NCBI GenBank assembly: GCA_033762375.1
Contig: JANRLQ010000055.1
Coordinates: 1-64,000, forward strand
Direction of reading: 5' to 3'
DNA: 64,000 bases
From: Bacteroidia bacterium
GTDB taxonomy: Bacteria; Bacteroidota; Bacteroidia; J057
Shown: piece after piece, positions 37,879 to 47,459 of the stretch
How positions within the stretch are numbered: the first letter of the stretch is position 1
Layout: every line of letters starts with the position of its first letter
Position numbers and translations under genes: made by a program
Notes under the pieces: generated by a model
Told to the model about the DNA's origin: nothing
The model's input: the letters and a program-made list of their open reading frames with translations, nothing else
Databases searched by the model: none

Positions 37879-40059
37879 TTAGCGGTACGAAACCAGGGTC
37901 ATATCTATCGTGCGGCGTCGGAGGTCAGTCCCGGCGATGGTGACGGTGACCGGGTCCCCGAGGCGGAGGACATTGCCGGTAGCGCGGCCGCGCAGGGCAT
38001 AACTTTTTTCGTCAAAGGTATAATAATCGTCCTTGAGGCTGTGGACAGGCACCAGGCCCTCGCACATGTTTTCGTCCAGCATGACAAAAAATCCACTCTC
38101 GATCACCCCGGAGATCAGGCCGGTGAATTGCTGTCCGATTTTGTCTTCGATAAACTCTACCTGCTTGTACTTGACCGAAGCACGCTCAGCCTCAGCTGCT
38201 GTACGCTCCCGCTCAGAGCAGTGTCGGAGTTCGTCCTCCATCTGGACCGGATTGCCCCGGAATTCACCATTCCCGTAGGCCGTCAGCAGCCGGTGGATCA
38301 TCAGGTCCGGATACCGGCGGATAGGGCTGGTAAAGTGGGTATAAAACGGAAATCCCAGCCCAAAGTGACCGATATTATTCGTAGAGTAGATCGCCTTGGC
38401 CATAGAGCGGATCGCAATGTTTTCGATTACGTTTTGCTCAGGGGTGCCGTTGACCTTGCGGAGGAGCTCGTTGAGGCGGGCAGACATATCTCCCGGCGTG
38501 CGCAGGTCTGCCTGGTGTCCAAAGGCCAGCACAAAATCCTGGAGGCTGGCCAGTTTGTCCGGGTCGGGTTTGTCGTGGATCCGATAGACGGAGGGCAGGG
38601 GAGGGTTGTCCTTGATCTTAAACAGATGCTCGGAGACCTTTCGGTTGGCGAGCAACATAAAGTCCTCAATCAGCCGGTTGGTGTCCTGGATTTTTTTGCG
38701 AATAACACCGAGCGGTTTTCCTGTTTCATCCAGGACAAACTTCACCTCATTGGACTCAAACTCGATGCTGCCCTTGCCCATCCGGTTGGCCCGCAGGGTT
38801 TTGGCGAGTTTGTCGAGGATGGTGAGTTCTTCGCGGTAAGGACCTTCCAGGGTGCCGTCCAGGACCTCCTGGGCTTCTTCATAATTGAAGCGGTAGTCTG
38901 AGTGGATGACCGTACGCCCGATCCATTCGCTGTGGATCCGGGCCTCGCTATCCAGCTCAAATACAGCGGAATAGGTGAATTTATCTTCTTTGGGGCGGAG
39001 GCTGCAGAGGAAGTTGGAGAGTTTCTCCGGCAGCATGGGCACCGTGCGGTCCACCAGGTATACCGAGGTGGCGCGGGTGAAGGCTTCTTTGTCTATCTCC
39101 GTGCCGGGGCGTACATACCAGGAGACGTCCGCAATGTGGATGCCGACCTCGTAGTGACCGTTGGGGAGGTGGCGGAAGGACAGGGCATCGTCAAAGTCCT
39201 TGGCATCGTAGGGGTCAATGGTAAAGGTCGTGATGCCGCGGAAGTCCCTGCGGTTGCGGATTTCGTCCTCCGGGAGGGCCTCAGGGATCTGGGCAGCTTC
39301 AGCCTCGACGGTCGCAGAAAACTTGGGCTGGAAGCCATACTGCATCAGGATGGCGTGCATCTCGGTATTGTGTTCACCGGCCTCACCGAGTACACTCACG
39401 ACTTCTACCTCCGGCAGGCGGCGCTCCCAGGTCAGGAATCGTGCCAGGACCTTCTGGCCGGCTTTGGCAGCGCCGAGCGCCTCGGCGGGGATATAAAAAT
39501 CCGTGCGGAGGGTATCGTCATCGGGGATGAGGAAATATTTGCCGGGCAGGCTCTCCTCTACGATCCCGACGAAGGTAGTCCGGCCCCGGGTGACAATCTC
39601 GACGACCTCGCCCTCCCGGCGACGGTCCCGGCTGCGTTGTGGTTTGATCCGTATGCTGACGGTATCACCGTTAAAGGCCTTGCCGAGGGCATTGGGGCTG
39701 ATAAAAATATCGCCGCCCTCTTGCAGCAGAAATCCTGCCCCGCTGCGGGTGACCTGAATCCGGCCTGTAATAAGCCGGGGCTGGTTGAGGTAACGATACT
39801 TGGCCGGGGCTGTTTTGGCGAGGTCTCCCCCGGCAGCCAGCGTTTCCAGTATTTTTCGATACCCTTCTACGTTTTGCTGGCCATGAAATCCTGTCAGACC
39901 AGCGAGCTGCTTGGCAGAAAATTCGACTTCGGGATTTTGACGGAATAACTCCAGAACCTGTTTTTCGAGCGATGTACTTACCGGTGCGGAGGATGTTTTT
40001 TTGCGTCGTGAACTACGCTGGCGGGAGGCGTTTGGTGTTGCTTTTTTCTTTTTAGACAT
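37879..40059 (-). CDS. rnr: Ribonuclease R (RNB-family 3'-5' exoribonuclease)
   Basis: A Lys/Arg-rich N-terminus (MSKKKKATPNASRQRSSRRKK) is followed by an RNB catalytic domain (GFGLGFPFYTHFTSPIRRYPDLMIHR) and a C-terminal S1 domain. The start is taken at MSKKKK. Confidence 0.9.
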   Translation of the reverse strand: MSKKKKATPNASRQRSSRRKKTSSAPVSTSLEKQVLELFRQNPEVEFSAKQLAGLTGFHGQQNVEGYRKILETLAAGGDLAKTAPAKYRYLNQPRLITGRIQVTRSGAGFLLQEGGDIFISPNALGKAFNGDTVSIRIKPQRSRDRRREGEVVEIVTRGRTTFVGIVEESLPGKYFLIPDDDTLRTDFYIPAEALGAAKAGQKVLARFLTWERRLPEVEVVSVLGEAGEHNTEMHAILMQYGFQPKFSATVEAEAAQIPEALPEDEIRNRRDFRGITTFTIDPYDAKDFDDALSFRHLPNGHYEVGIHIADVSWYVRPGTEIDKEAFTRATSVYLVDRTVPMLPEKLSNFLCSLRPKEDKFTYSAVFELDSEARIHSEWIGRTVIHSDYRFNYEEAQEVLDGTLEGPYREELTILDKLAKTLRANRMGKGSIEFESNEVKFVLDETGKPLGVIRKKIQDTNRLIEDFMLLANRKVSEHLFKIKDNPPLPSVYRIHDKPDPDKLASLQDFVLAFGHQADLRTPGDMSARLNELLRKVNGTPEQNVIENIAIRSMAKAIYSTNNIGHFGLGFPFYTHFTSPIRRYPDLMIHRLLTAYGNGEFRGNPVQMEDELRHCSERERTAAEAERASVKYKQVEFIEDKIGQQFTGLISGVIESGFFVMLDENMCEGLVPVHSLKDDYYTFDEKSYALRGRATGNVLRLGDPVTVTIAGTDLRRRTIDMTLVSYR

Positions 40060-40318
40060 GCGAAATGATAAATAAAGTAGCAGCAGGCGTATGGCCTCTG
40101 CCAGATTTTGCTTGACTAAGCATGGCTGCACCGGAGGTGGGGACAGAGATGATCTGTTGTGCAGCAGCCTGTTGGGCGAATATACGTTTTTTACGTAGCA
40201 AATCGAAAAAGGATGTCAGCTATCTATAAGTTAACACTTGCTTATCGGTCCCATAACCTGATACCCCTGACAATCATTGCAGGTAGTTGTGTATCTTCAC
40301 CCCATTAATGTGTTGTGT

Positions 40319-41317
40319 ATGGCCCAGCCTGTTTCAAATGCCTCAGACCAGTCGCCACCCCGTCAGGCGCCGCAGGAGTATAAAGACCTGGGGTTTGGTA
40401 CCAAAATACAGGATGCGCATATCCGGCTCATCAATCCGGACGGGACTTTTAATGTGCGCAAGACAGGCGGGGGCCTGGGGGCTGTCAATCCCTACCAGTA
40501 CCTGATCCTGGCCCCGTGGTGGAAGTTTTTACTGCTGGTCCTGGGGCTGTATGTGGTGGTCAATTGTATGTTTGCGTGTTTGTATCTGGCCGCAGGTATT
40601 GAGAACCTGACGGGTGAGCTGGGAGCTGACGCCCCGATGCCTACTTTTTGGGAGGACTTTTGGCATGCATTTTTTTTCAGTGTGCAGACCTACACGACCG
40701 TCGGATACGGATCTGTATCACCTAAGGGGCTGATGACCAATACCCTGGCTGCTTTTGAAGCAATGTTTGGGGTGATGACCTTTGCGTTGGCGACCGGTTT
40801 GTTGTACGGGCGATTTTCGCGGCCCTCTGCCAAAATCAGGTTCAGCGAAAAAATGATCATTGCACCTTATCAGGACATCAACAGCCTTCAGGTGCGGATT
40901 GTCAACCGCCGTCAAAACCAGCTCATTGAACTGGAAGTACTGCTGACCCTGAGCTGGTATGAAATGGTGCAGGGGGAGCGGAAGCAGCGCTTTTTTACCC
41001 TGGACCTGGAGCGCAGTTCGGTGGCTTTGTTTCCCCTGAGCTGGACAATCGTACACCCCATCACGCGGGAGAGTCCGCTCTATGACATCTCGCCGGAGAT
41101 ACTGGCCAGCCGGCAGGCGGAGGTTTTTGTGATCATCAAGGCGTTTGACGACACCTTTGCCCAGGTCGTACACGTGCGCAGGTCTTACCGGGCCGAAGAA
41201 ATCACCTGGGGTGCCCGGTTTGTACCGGCTTTTTATCCAGACCCGGCCTCTGGTAAAATTATCCTCAACATCAATAAAACCGGCGCCTGTGAGGCCGCCC
41301 AACTGAACAAGTACTGA
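40319..41317 (+). CDS. Inward-rectifier-type potassium channel (KirBac-like)
   Basis: Two TM helices flank a pore helix and the selectivity filter (TTVGYGSVSP). The cytoplasmic Kir-type beta-rich C-terminal domain follows. Confidence 0.8.
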   Translation: MAQPVSNASDQSPPRQAPQEYKDLGFGTKIQDAHIRLINPDGTFNVRKTGGGLGAVNPYQYLILAPWWKFLLLVLGLYVVVNCMFACLYLAAGIENLTGELGADAPMPTFWEDFWHAFFFSVQTYTTVGYGSVSPKGLMTNTLAAFEAMFGVMTFALATGLLYGRFSRPSAKIRFSEKMIIAPYQDINSLQVRIVNRRQNQLIELEVLLTLSWYEMVQGERKQRFFTLDLERSSVALFPLSWTIVHPITRESPLYDISPEILASRQAEVFVIIKAFDDTFAQVVHVRRSYRAEEITWGARFVPAFYPDPASGKIILNINKTGACEAAQLNKY

Positions 41318-41327
41318 GGGTCAGCGG

Positions 41328-41849
41328 CTAGTTGTAGGCAGCCGACCGCACACCGGAAAATACAGTCAGCGCTATGCCCAGTTGCTGTGCCAGTTGGGCC
41401 ATCAGGTGGGCTGTACGTTTGTCCTGGTACTGGGTGGCGAGCATATAGGTCTCCCGCACGGTCTCCAGCAACTGACGTGTGGCGCGCAGGATGCTCCGCA
41501 CGGCATCGTCAAAATGTTGTACCTGTGCAGGCACCTGCATCCGGCTGGGCGAGGGCAGGAGGGTACTGCCCATGACCGAGGGGGTATGTCCCATTGTGAT
41601 CAGGTGCTCCGCTACGACGGTCTTGCCAAACTCGGCAGCGCCGTAGAGTTGCTGGATTTTACCTGAAAAATCAAGGAAGGGCCGCAGACGACGGTCCCAG
41701 CGAAGTTGCTGCACGTACTGCTGATACACCTGATAGTCTTCCAGCAACAATCCTACCTGCCGGGTGATCGCTTCATGTCCGCCCGGGGTAAGTGCATTAA
41801 ATCGGGATAGTTCCATCTCAGACAGGTTTAGTACCTGCGGCAACAACAT
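41328..41849 (-). CDS. Ferritin-like, Dps family protein (tentative)
   Basis: The 173-aa all-helical protein is loosely consistent with the Dps pattern (LLEDYQVYQQYVQQLRW...FGKTVVAEHLITMGHTP). Confidence 0.45.
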   Translation of the reverse strand: MLLPQVLNLSEMELSRFNALTPGGHEAITRQVGLLLEDYQVYQQYVQQLRWDRRLRPFLDFSGKIQQLYGAAEFGKTVVAEHLITMGHTPSVMGSTLLPSPSRMQVPAQVQHFDDAVRSILRATRQLLETVRETYMLATQYQDKRTAHLMAQLAQQLGIALTVFSGVRSAAYN

Positions 41850-41901
41850 ACCGCATGGTATGTTGTCTTAAACGAGACAAGGCTGCCGGATGTTTCGTGT
41901 G

Positions 41902-44448
41902 TCAGCGGACGCGTTTGAGCGCAAACCGGTTACTGGCGCTGTTGACCATCGCCCATGTGCTGAATCGTCCGCCCTCATTCACGGCTTCAAGGGTCTGGGT
42001 GAGATTTTCCAGCATAAAAAACTGTCCCGGGCCGTACTCATACAGGCGTACGGGTTCATTCCCGACGGTCGCCATCTGCTGCATGGTCAGGTGATCCCCG
42101 CTGAGGGCGATTACGATCTGGTAATTTTCATAAGCGTAGGTACCGGTCATACGCTGGTAGCGTGCTGCCCGGGTCTGGTAGTCAGGCATCTGAATCCAGG
42201 CCAGATGTGCCTGCATGCGGCGTATGATCTGGGGCGCTGCACGTTTGCTGAGGGCCGCCTCAATGGCAGGAGCTGCCGCAGCAGGATCAGGCCCCACAAA
42301 TGCCTTAAAAGCTGCCTGGATGTGTTCGTTGACTTTAAGGGCGCCGCCCCGGTATTCATTAGACTGGTAGTACCGGAACCCACGTACGCCTCCTGTGCTG
42401 TCCGGCAGGAGCGAAATATCTGTCCCGAAGGCTGTACAGTACGATACCGAGTCAATGGGATACAACCGCACCCGATACTGTTTGCCGGTTCTCATGTACA
42501 GGTCATTCCCCTCAGCGTCCAGATAACTCCGGATATTGGCATAGGAAGTATTCCAGTATTCACCTGCTATGGCCGCAGGGGCATACACCATCCGGCTGGT
42601 GCCGCCGGCCTCGATATAGTCCAGGTGTTTGATAAACTGGCCAAAAGCTGTTACGTCTGGTGACAAGAGGGCCCCCTGTTCAAATATTTTCCGGGCTTTG
42701 TCCCGCTGTCCCAGGGCCAGGTACATCTGTCCGAGGCCGAGCTGGTTGATATTGTCATCCGGGTGATCCCGGAGGTATGGTTCCAGGAGTTCGATCCCTT
42801 TTTTGTATTGTTTGAGCGAAAAATAGCAGTAGGTGGCAATGGAAGTATAAATCCGGGGATCGTATTGTTGCCGCTTGAACTCTTCGAGGACTTTGAGGGC
42901 ATCCTGGTATTTTTCCTGCCGTACAGCCTCCTGCAGGTAGATCAGCCAATAGTTGATATGCTGGGGATTGGTCTCAGCCAGGAGGCGGGTGAGTTCCAGG
43001 GCTTTGGCGTCGTCTCCGTGCTGGCTGTAGTAAAACTGCCGGATTTCAGCCTCAAATGCACCCGGGAGGCGCTTGCGGTGGCGCATGGCCTGGTCGCTGA
43101 GGGCTGTGATTTTTTGGGGGCTGCGTTGATAGGCTTCATAGACACTGCCCAGCACACGGGCCGCCCAGGCAAAAGTTGAGTCCAGCCGCAGCGCCTCCTC
43201 CAGATCACCGACCCGGTAGTACCCAATCGAGTGGGTCCCCAGGAGCCCGGCAGCAAATGCTTTGTACGCGGGCAGGGAAGACGTAAGGTACTGGGAGACA
43301 GGTAGATCTGCTACGGTGGCCAGGTGCTCTCCGGGTACGCCCAGGTTGAGTTTGACGTCCCGAGAGAGGGTGTCCAGCAGCGAAAAAAAGTCTTTGCCGG
43401 TATAGGTCAGTGATTTTTCTACTGTGCCTGACTGTGTCAGGTAAATGCTCAGGCTGATCTCGTAGCCTTTTTGGGGGGTGTAGGCGTAGGTACCGGTGAG
43501 GAGGCGGGCATGCTGCATCTCCTGCGCTTTGTCGAGCATCTCCTTGAGCGAAAAATTGTTGGTTTCGCCCGGATCGTACTGGTTGTACATATAGGGATCC
43601 TGGTCCCACTCCATCTCCAGGGCATACGGGATGCCGGTGGTCATCCATTCGAGGCTTGTGTCCCGGGTGGTATTGGTGAAGTGGGTCACATACACCGACT
43701 TGACCTCGCTGCGGGGTACCAGGGTCCGGCGTACCACATCGCCGTTTTCATCCCGAAACTCTCCTGCCGGTGAAGCCCCCAGGTTGCCCTGCATGAGGGG
43801 AAAGTAGATGATAGGTGCCAGTATCAGGAACAAGACAAACCCGGCCACATACTGCGCCCATACCGGGAGCTGCTGAAACCAGGCGACAGGTCCCTGTGCA
43901 AACCGCCGGTCAAACTTGCCGGTCATCTTGCGGGGATCCGGGATGGCCAGTCCGGGAACTGACAGTGCAAAAATTTCCAGGGGTTTGGTGACATTTTTAA
44001 ACCCAAATACGCCCAGGCTGCGTACGGTAAATTCAGGCTGGTTTTTGATGTACTCGTACAGGCTCTCTGACAGGAGGATACTCCCCGGTATGGCCAGTGA
44101 CTCTACCCGGGAGGCAATATTCACCCCGTCTCCGATCACCTCGGTATCTGACAACAAGACATCACCTGTATGAAGACCGATCCGGAGCGGTACCCTGGGA
44201 GACTCCTGCAGGGCCAGTTGGATCGCCTGGGCACAAGCTACCGCATCCACGGCACTGTCAAATACGCTCAGGGTTCCATCCCCGTAATATTGGACGATCT
44301 GGCCCCGGTATTGGGTATGGTACTGTTCAAACACCTCGCGGTGCCGTTGCCGGATCACCAGGGCCTGGGCTTCATTTTCCTGCATCAGCGCAGTGTATCC
44401 GACGATGTCGGTAAACATAATGGCAGCAAGGCGGCGGGTCGGATTCAT
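41902..44448 (-). CDS. Class III adenylate/guanylate cyclase with a TM segment and C-terminal TPR repeats
   Basis: The N-terminal CHD domain (AAIMFTDIVGYTALM...YYGDGTLSVFDSAVDAVACA...RIGLHTGDV) is followed by a hydrophobic segment and a long TPR-like region. Confidence 0.8.
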   Translation of the reverse strand: MNPTRRLAAIMFTDIVGYTALMQENEAQALVIRQRHREVFEQYHTQYRGQIVQYYGDGTLSVFDSAVDAVACAQAIQLALQESPRVPLRIGLHTGDVLLSDTEVIGDGVNIASRVESLAIPGSILLSESLYEYIKNQPEFTVRSLGVFGFKNVTKPLEIFALSVPGLAIPDPRKMTGKFDRRFAQGPVAWFQQLPVWAQYVAGFVLFLILAPIIYFPLMQGNLGASPAGEFRDENGDVVRRTLVPRSEVKSVYVTHFTNTTRDTSLEWMTTGIPYALEMEWDQDPYMYNQYDPGETNNFSLKEMLDKAQEMQHARLLTGTYAYTPQKGYEISLSIYLTQSGTVEKSLTYTGKDFFSLLDTLSRDVKLNLGVPGEHLATVADLPVSQYLTSSLPAYKAFAAGLLGTHSIGYYRVGDLEEALRLDSTFAWAARVLGSVYEAYQRSPQKITALSDQAMRHRKRLPGAFEAEIRQFYYSQHGDDAKALELTRLLAETNPQHINYWLIYLQEAVRQEKYQDALKVLEEFKRQQYDPRIYTSIATYCYFSLKQYKKGIELLEPYLRDHPDDNINQLGLGQMYLALGQRDKARKIFEQGALLSPDVTAFGQFIKHLDYIEAGGTSRMVYAPAAIAGEYWNTSYANIRSYLDAEGNDLYMRTGKQYRVRLYPIDSVSYCTAFGTDISLLPDSTGGVRGFRYYQSNEYRGGALKVNEHIQAAFKAFVGPDPAAAAPAIEAALSKRAAPQIIRRMQAHLAWIQMPDYQTRAARYQRMTGTYAYENYQIVIALSGDHLTMQQMATVGNEPVRLYEYGPGQFFMLENLTQTLEAVNEGGRFSTWAMVNSASNRFALKRVR

Positions 44449-44575
44449 ACAATTAGGTTGCTTGGTGCAGCAATTTGGTATTTTTGATACTAAAAGGCAC
44501 TATATGCCCTGAAGAAAACTTTGTCAGGCCGGGATTGTTGAAGGTCTGGTATGCTCAAGCATATCAGGATTACCT

Positions 44576-45490
44576 ATGCAATCAGCGCCTGTCTTCCGGA
44601 TGTTGTACAATCGCCTTCTCTCCCCGGCGGCACGGGAGACCTGTGAGCGGTTGATCCTCATCATTGCCATTGTGAGTTATCTTGTCCACCTCGGGCTGGT
44701 AGGTCTGGTGCACCTGGGGTATTTGCCGTCGCTGGCAGCAGATGCGCTGCTCAAGAATCCGATTGCGGCTATTTATACGCCATTTTCTTTTATCCTGGTG
44801 TACGAGGTGTATTTGTTGGTCTATTATCTGCCCCGTTCTATCACCACCTACGTCAGCAAGCAGTACGAGATCATCACGCTGATCATGATCCGGCGTATTT
44901 TTAAGGACCTCGCCAACCTGGAACTTACTTCGGACTGGTTTCAGATCAAGTATGACCTGATATTTACGTATGATATTGTCGCTTCACTGCTGCTGTTTTA
45001 TATCCTGTATCTGTTTTATGCACAGAGCCAGCAGAGCCGCCGCGACAGCCTGGATGAAAGTGTCTTGCCGGGTAATCTGATCCGGTTTATCAGTTTTAAA
45101 AAAGCGGTAGCCCTATCACTGGTGCCAGTATTGCTGCTGCTGGCCATCTATACGTTTGTGAATTGGACCATCGGCACGCTGGATACCGGCAATCAGGCCA
45201 GTATTTCGTTTAAAAACATCAACAACGTATTTTTTGATGAGTTTTTCACCATCCTGATCATGGTGGACGTCATCCTGCTGCTGGTGTCTTTTTTTCATAC
45301 GGATGAATTTCACAAGGTCATCCGCAACTCCGGCTTTATGATCTCGACCATTCTGATCCGGCTTTCTTTTTCAGTAGAGGGGTTGATCAATACGGTGATG
45401 ATTGTGTCGGCGACCTTGTTTGGGTTGTTAATTCTGGTGATCCACAACCAGTATGAAAACATACATGGCCCTGGCCCCAAACCAGAATAG
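44576..45490 (+). CDS. Multi-pass membrane protein, hypothetical (AT-rich relative to its surroundings)
   Basis: Several hydrophobic helices are present. Ile/Leu/Phe/Tyr-rich. Local GC is visibly lower than in neighbouring genes. Confidence 0.5.
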   Translation: MQSAPVFRMLYNRLLSPAARETCERLILIIAIVSYLVHLGLVGLVHLGYLPSLAADALLKNPIAAIYTPFSFILVYEVYLLVYYLPRSITTYVSKQYEIITLIMIRRIFKDLANLELTSDWFQIKYDLIFTYDIVASLLLFYILYLFYAQSQQSRRDSLDESVLPGNLIRFISFKKAVALSLVPVLLLLAIYTFVNWTIGTLDTGNQASISFKNINNVFFDEFFTILIMVDVILLLVSFFHTDEFHKVIRNSGFMISTILIRLSFSVEGLINTVMIVSATLFGLLILVIHNQYENIHGPGPKPE

Positions 45491-45521
45491 GCTGTTTGGG
45501 GCTCAGAAAAAACAAACAGCC

Positions 45522-47459
45522 CTAGCCACCGGCAAGCATAAGGTCACCTTTGGGATTGACCAGAATCGCTTGTTTGTCAATCAGATGCTGCAGGACATTC
45601 TCCCGCTGGGCTGCTGAGCCGGTCTGCAAGGTTTGTAAAAGTTCACGGTACGAGGCAGGTCCCTGGTGCAGCCTTCGCAGGATCGCCTGTTGTATCTGTG
45701 AAAACAGGTCGCCCGATACCTCACCCCGGAATTGTCCCCGGCAAATATCACAGACACCACACGGGCGGTCGTCCTGCTCACCAAAGTATCGCTGGATCAT
45801 CAGGCTGCGGCATCCTGTGTCAGCCCCTACGTACGTCAGGAGAGCCTCCAGCCGCCGTGCTTGTGTTTCACGGAGGAAGAGGTACTTGTCCCAGTTGACT
45901 TCCTGCCGGGTAATGGGGCGTCTGGGTTTCAAAAACTTGATGCTGGGCTCGCCACGGGCTGGTGTATAATAGACCATATCGTGTAGTTCCAGGCGCAGCA
46001 TACGCTGGTGCAGCTCTTCAGTAGTGAGCTGGAGCCATGCGGCCCATACCGCTGGCAGAAAAGGCCTGGCCCGCACAAACACGTCTCCACCAAGGGTCCG
46101 GAGGATAAAATGCAGGAGTGGTGCCAGGGCAGGATGCTGGCTCTGATAAATATGAACAGCATCCGGGTCTGCGGCCAGCCGGAGATAAGCAAAGTCATCG
46201 CGCTCCTCTACCAGCTCAACAAACCGCTCATTGTGCAGAACCCGGAGGGACGCATGCAAGGCCAGGGCAGACTCTCCACTGGCAGCCGTGAGCTCAGGCA
46301 TCCTGAAAGGCAGGGCCTCCGGCGGAGGCGTCTCCTGCGAAAGCTGGAAGTGCTGACCCAAAAAATGCCAGTGGCGCTGGAGCTGCTCCCAGTCCGGATA
46401 CTTCATGCTGCTCCAGCGCTGGAGCTCCCGGATATCACCCGGCGATCGAAACGCTACGGCAAATGCCCGGTTTCCATCACGCCCGGCGCGGCCAGCTTCC
46501 TGATAATAACTCTCCAGGTCGCCAGGCAGGTGGTAGTGCAGGACAATCCGGACATCAGGTTTGTCTATGCCCATGCCAAAGGCATTGGTCGCTACCATTA
46601 CCCGGACCTCATTGTCCAGCCAGCGCTGCTGGATTGTGGCGCGGTCAGAAGCTGGCAGTCCACCGTGGTAGGCACTGGCAGCAATACCCTGCTGCATCAG
46701 CACTTTGGAGACCTGCTCAGTAGCCCGGCGGGTCCGCGCATATACGATGGCGGAGCCTTTGGTCCGCTGCAGCAGGTCCGTGATCCGCCCGATGACGTTT
46801 TCTTCCTCCAGGATGCCATACCAGAGATTGTCCCGCCTGAATGACCGGGCAAAAACCTGCGGCTGACGCATCCTGAGTTTGTCCAGGATGTCTGCCTGCA
46901 CCTGGGGGGTGGCTGAGGCCGTCAGCGCAATGATCGGAATCTGTGGTTTGATCTCACGTATCTGGCTGATGTCCAGGTAAGGTGGCCTGAAGTCGTACCC
47001 CCATTGACTGATACAGTGTGCCTCATCTATTGCCAGCAGGCTCACCGGCATTTGAGAGAGGCGCATCCGGAACATGTCTACCCTGAGCCGCTCGGGTGCC
47101 AGGTAAAGAAACCGCAGTTTGCCGTCCATGGCTTCCTGGAGGCAGCGGTCCACTTCTTTGCGGTGCATGGCACTGTTGATATAGGCTGCCGGTATTTCCA
47201 TCCGCTGGAGGCGTTCGACCTGGTCCTTCATCAGTGCGATCAGGGGCGAAATCACCAGCGTCAAACCTGGCAGGCACAGGCCCGGTACCTGAAAACAAAC
47301 AGACTTTCCTCCGCCAGTCGGCAGCAATGCCAGGGTGTCCCGCCCTGCCAGTACACTTTGGATGATTTCTTCCTGTTGCGGCCTGAAAGAGGCGTGTCCC
47401 CAGTATCGCTGGAGTACCTCACGCGGGACCAATGGCTGGATCGGTGACATGCTGCGCAT
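45522..47459 (-). CDS. recQ: ATP-dependent DNA helicase RecQ
   Basis: Motif I (LLPTGGGKSVCFQVP), the DEAH box (DEAHCISQWGYDFRP) and the RecQ C-terminal zinc-binding Cys cluster (CGVCDIC) are present. Confidence 0.85.
   Translation of the reverse strand: MRSMSPIQPLVPREVLQRYWGHASFRPQQEEIIQSVLAGRDTLALLPTGGGKSVCFQVPGLCLPGLTLVISPLIALMKDQVERLQRMEIPAAYINSAMHRKEVDRCLQEAMDGKLRFLYLAPERLRVDMFRMRLSQMPVSLLAIDEAHCISQWGYDFRPPYLDISQIREIKPQIPIIALTASATPQVQADILDKLRMRQPQVFARSFRRDNLWYGILEEENVIGRITDLLQRTKGSAIVYARTRRATEQVSKVLMQQGIAASAYHGGLPASDRATIQQRWLDNEVRVMVATNAFGMGIDKPDVRIVLHYHLPGDLESYYQEAGRAGRDGNRAFAVAFRSPGDIRELQRWSSMKYPDWEQLQRHWHFLGQHFQLSQETPPPEALPFRMPELTAASGESALALHASLRVLHNERFVELVEERDDFAYLRLAADPDAVHIYQSQHPALAPLLHFILRTLGGDVFVRARPFLPAVWAAWLQLTTEELHQRMLRLELHDMVYYTPARGEPSIKFLKPRRPITRQEVNWDKYLFLRETQARRLEALLTYVGADTGCRSLMIQRYFGEQDDRPCGVCDICRGQFRGEVSGDLFSQIQQAILRRLHQGPASYRELLQTLQTGSAAQRENVLQHLIDKQAILVNPKGDLMLAGG

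Noticed and set aside
37861-39948. Two long plus-strand ORFs (37861..38901 and 38902..39948)
   Set aside because: Both are antisense to rnr, which has unmistakable RNB/S1 domains. This is a typical high-GC shadow ORF.
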